This document shows positions 4,148 to 6,439 of a DNA stretch of 6,439 nucleotides, in pieces; within the stretch, counting starts at the first letter, position 1; each line of letters begins with the position of its first letter. The notes below the pieces were generated by a model. It had not been told where the DNA came from. It made no database searches and saw nothing but the letters and a program-made list of their open reading frames with translations. The stretch is taken from positions 1 to 6,439 of the forward strand of contig CAZFVS010000037.1 in NCBI GenBank assembly GCA_964522265.1, in the 5' to 3' direction. The position numbers and the translations under genes are program-made. This DNA is from an uncultured Gammaproteobacteria bacterium (GTDB taxonomy: Bacteria > Patescibacteriota > Microgenomatia > Daviesbacterales > UBA10151).

Positions 4148-5479
4148 TCATATTGGGGCAAGTATGCAAGCCTCCTCTAAAGATTTAGCCTGACCGGGGC
4201 CAATTACTCTAGTATACCCCAGTTTCCCCGCTTCAGCTATCCTCTTATCCAGTCCTCTGACACCCCTTAATTCCCCCAAAAGCCCTATTTCCCCTAAAAA
4301 GACTGTTTCCGGGTTGATTGTTTTATTTTTATAGGAAGAGATTATCGCCATGCAAATCCCCAAGTCGCAAGCCGGTTCATCCGCTCTGATACCGCCTGTA
4401 ATATTTACAAAAATATCCTGGTCAAAAAGATGTAAACCCAATCTTTTAGACAACACTGCTGTCAAAAGCATCAATCTATTATTATCTATGCCGTTCGCTA
4501 CTCTTCTTGGTACTGCTAAATTGCTTTTGACAACCAGCGCCTGGATTTCTATCAGGATTGGCCTAAGTCCTGTAATTGTAGATACAACTACTGACCCCGG
4601 AGCATTAACTTTCTGGCTGAGAAATATTTTAGAAGGGTTTTTAACTTCAACCATTCCCCCCTCCCCCATATCAAATATCCCGATCTCGGAAGTAGAACCA
4701 AACCTGTTTTTATTCCCCCGTAAAATCCGGAGCTCGTTTTCAGGATCCCCCTCAAGAGAGAGGACCACATCAACCAGGTGTTCCAGGGTCTTAGGACCTG
4801 CCACTGTACCCTCTTTGGTAACATGCCCCACTATAAATATCGGGATATGATTTATCTTTGCAACCCTTTGCAGCCTGTGTGCACACTCTCTAACCTGCCC
4901 TATTGAACCGGCAGCTGATTGAAGATCAGTAGTTTGTATGGTCTGGATTGAATCAACTATCACAAGTTTATATTTAGCACTTCCTATAACCTGAGTGATA
5001 ATATCAATATCTACCTCGTTTAAAACTGCCAAGTCTGCTTTTTGTTTAATCCTGTTCGCACGGATTTTTATCTGGTGGGCTGATTCTTCGCCGGAGACAT
5101 AAAGAACCTGGTTAAGGTTTAGTGCCAACTGGGTCAGCAGAGTACTTTTTCCTATCCCGGGATCACCAGAGATTAAAACCAGAGCTCCCGGGACTATCCC
5201 ACCTCCCAGCACCCTATCAAATTCAGATATACCAGTGCTCAACCTATCATAATATTCTTTTTGTACATCAGCCAAATTTATAATGGAAGCTCTTCCAAAG
5301 CTACCATACTTTTGCCTTTTGCCTTGCTTGTCCCGAGTCTTTCCGAGGGATGACTTTTGACTTTCTTCCACTTCCTCTACCAGCGAATTCCATGCCTGAC
5401 ACTGCGGGCATCTGCCTAAAAACTGAGGCGACTGATACCCGCATTGCTGGCAAACATAGATGGATGTTGTCTTATGCAT
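4148..5479 (-). CDS. radA: DNA repair protein RadA/Sms.
   Basis: The protein has an N-terminal C4 zinc finger (CQQCGYQSPQFLGRCPQC), Walker A (GDPGIGKST), Walker B (LVIVDSIQ), the RadA KNRFG motif (RGNKNRFGSTSE) and a Lon-protease-like C-terminal domain. I prefer the start at MHKTTSIYVCQQCG (ATG at complement 5479-5477) because RadA proteins begin about 10 residues before the first Cys. That ATG also sits in ATGCATAA, overlapping the ndk stop. The track ORF extends to 5533. Confidence 0.93.
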   Translation of the reverse strand: MHKTTSIYVCQQCGYQSPQFLGRCPQCQAWNSLVEEVEESQKSSLGKTRDKQGKRQKYGSFGRASIINLADVQKEYYDRLSTGISEFDRVLGGGIVPGALVLISGDPGIGKSTLLTQLALNLNQVLYVSGEESAHQIKIRANRIKQKADLAVLNEVDIDIITQVIGSAKYKLVIVDSIQTIQTTDLQSAAGSIGQVRECAHRLQRVAKINHIPIFIVGHVTKEGTVAGPKTLEHLVDVVLSLEGDPENELRILRGNKNRFGSTSEIGIFDMGEGGMVEVKNPSKIFLSQKVNAPGSVVVSTITGLRPILIEIQALVVKSNLAVPRRVANGIDNNRLMLLTAVLSKRLGLHLFDQDIFVNITGGIRADEPACDLGICMAIISSYKNKTINPETVFLGEIGLLGELRGVRGLDKRIAEAGKLGYTRVIGPGQAKSLEEACILAPI

Positions 5480-5978
5480 CTGGAAACCAGAGTTTAATCT
5501 CTTTTTTAGCCTCTTCAGAGGTACCTGAAGCATGAATTAAATTTTTCACTGGTCTTTTTTCACGGTTTGCTTCCCGTATTGAATCCTCCCCTAAGTCACC
5601 CCTGATGGTTCCTTTGTCTGCAGTTTTGGGGTCTGTGTATCCTGTAATTTTGCGGACTCTGGCTATAGCATCATCCCCTTCCAAAACTATCGCGACAATA
5701 GGACCAGATGTAATATACTCCCTCAAAGCTCTGACTATCATCCTCCCGTGTTCTTTAAAATCACTAATTTCTTCCCCGGCAGCAGCGCTTTTCTTACCTA
5801 ATGAGGTCATATACTCATCTTCTTCCGGGTAATGCTTGCCTACTATATCCTTATTGGCCCTCAAAAATTTCATATCAATCACACTCAAACCAGCACTTTC
5901 ATATCTTTTAATGATCTCACCTATCAGGCTTCTTTTAACTCCATCAGGTTTGATTAGGACTAATGTTTGTTCAATCAT
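5472..5978 (-). CDS. ndk: Nucleoside-diphosphate kinase, an atypical long form with insertions.
   Basis: The ORF is 168 aa. It contains LVLIKPDGV...GEII, ITSGPIVAIVLEG, GTIRGDLG and the catalytic-His region NLIHASGTSEEAKKEIKLWF. An SD GGAG lies 5 nt upstream. Its start overlaps the upstream stop in ATGA. Confidence 0.88.
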   Translation of the reverse strand: MIEQTLVLIKPDGVKRSLIGEIIKRYESAGLSVIDMKFLRANKDIVGKHYPEEDEYMTSLGKKSAAAGEEISDFKEHGRMIVRALREYITSGPIVAIVLEGDDAIARVRKITGYTDPKTADKGTIRGDLGEDSIREANREKRPVKNLIHASGTSEEAKKEIKLWFPDA

Positions 5979-6439
5979 TTGATCTCCACATCTTCAATAT
6001 TGTAACTGCTGTCATCAAAGATATCAACCATGACAAATCTGGGCTGCTGCGGGTTGCGGCTTGAAGTAACTGCCCCAACTGCCGTCATCTTTAAACTGTT
6101 TGAGGGTTGGGTATACCTTGAGAAAAAATGCGTATCCCCTGCAATAATCTCTGCCACTCCGTTTTTTGCCAAGATGCTTGTGAGGTGTTCTACCTGATCT
6201 TTAAGTTTCGGGTTGACTTTACCCATGACATGGTCTGATGAGGGATGATATAGCGGGATAGAGGTGAGTGCAAATGTCAGCCTACCCGGCTGAAGTTTAT
6301 TTGCCTCAAGCTCTTCACCCAGCCAGTTTAATTCTAATGCATCTACTCCAAAGTAGTTGTCACTATTATAAAATATAATTACTCTGATATTTTGATATGA
6401 AAAGGCCTGATAAGGTGTACCAAACACCTGTTTAAAATT
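5975..6439 (-). CDS. Calcineurin-like metallophosphoesterase, C-terminal part. The 5' end lies beyond the window edge.
   Basis: The frame is open from the window edge: NFKQ precedes the GTG that the track translates as M. The GDTHFF (GDxH) and IPLYHP motifs are typical of the C-terminal half of metallophosphoesterases. The N-terminal DxH/GDxxD/GNHE motifs are absent, so the gene continues upstream. Confidence 0.75.
   Translation of the reverse strand, partial: NFKQVFGTPYQAFSYQNIRVIIFYNSDNYFGVDALELNWLGEELEANKLQPGRLTFALTSIPLYHPSSDHVMGKVNPKLKDQVEHLTSILAKNGVAEIIAGDTHFFSRYTQPSNSLKMTAVGAVTSSRNPQQPRFVMVDIFDDSSYNIEDVEIK

Noticed and set aside
4350-4850. 166-aa plus-strand ORF and 78-aa minus-strand ORF (4588-4824) inside radA.
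   Set aside because: One is antisense to and the other out of frame with an unambiguous RadA CDS, and neither has supporting signals.
5480-5533. Longer RadA start (MLQVPLKRLKKRLNSGFQ...) as given in the track.
   Set aside because: It would overlap ndk by 62 nt and add 18 residues not seen in RadA N-termini. The internal ATG at 5479 gives the canonical distance to the zinc finger and couples to the ndk stop. Neither start has an SD, so some doubt remains.
5350-5832. Plus-strand ORFs 5350-5535 and 5605-5832.
   Set aside because: They are antisense shadows of radA and ndk.

Overview
The window is moderately AT-rich and bacterial, and it uses the standard genetic code (TGA, TAA and TAG all act as stops). 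The gene content and protein styles look like an uncultivated small-genome lineage such as Patescibacteria/CPR, but that is inference only. The right-hand two thirds (1985-6439) is a tightly packed minus-strand housekeeping cluster: a partial metallophosphoesterase, an atypical nucleoside-diphosphate kinase, RadA/Sms, an acidic-repeat LytR_C membrane protein, and a YacL-type PIN/TRAM protein. The first three genes are joined by overlapping stop/start codons. An HspR-type MerR regulator (1572-1877, plus strand) converges on this cluster. It is preceded by an HspR-operator-like inverted repeat, TTGATA-N7-TATCAA. To its left is an unusually long (~670 bp), very AT-rich stretch (902-1571) with no credible ORF, carrying several short direct and inverted repeats and promoter-like elements. 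At the left edge there is a 300-codon minus-strand ORF (901 to 1, running off the window) that is missing from the supplied ORF track. It encodes transposase-like HTH modules fused to transmembrane helices, probably the N-terminus of a larger membrane enzyme. It ends at the window edge in a GC-rich palindrome that looks like a dispersed repeat inserted in frame. I found no CRISPR array, rRNA, tRNA, complete mobile element or recognisable defence system. The most unusual items are the HTH-membrane fusion ORF, the long noncoding gap, and the repeat architectures in the two large intergenic regions. All promoter, operator and sRNA calls are low-confidence readings by eye of AT-rich DNA.
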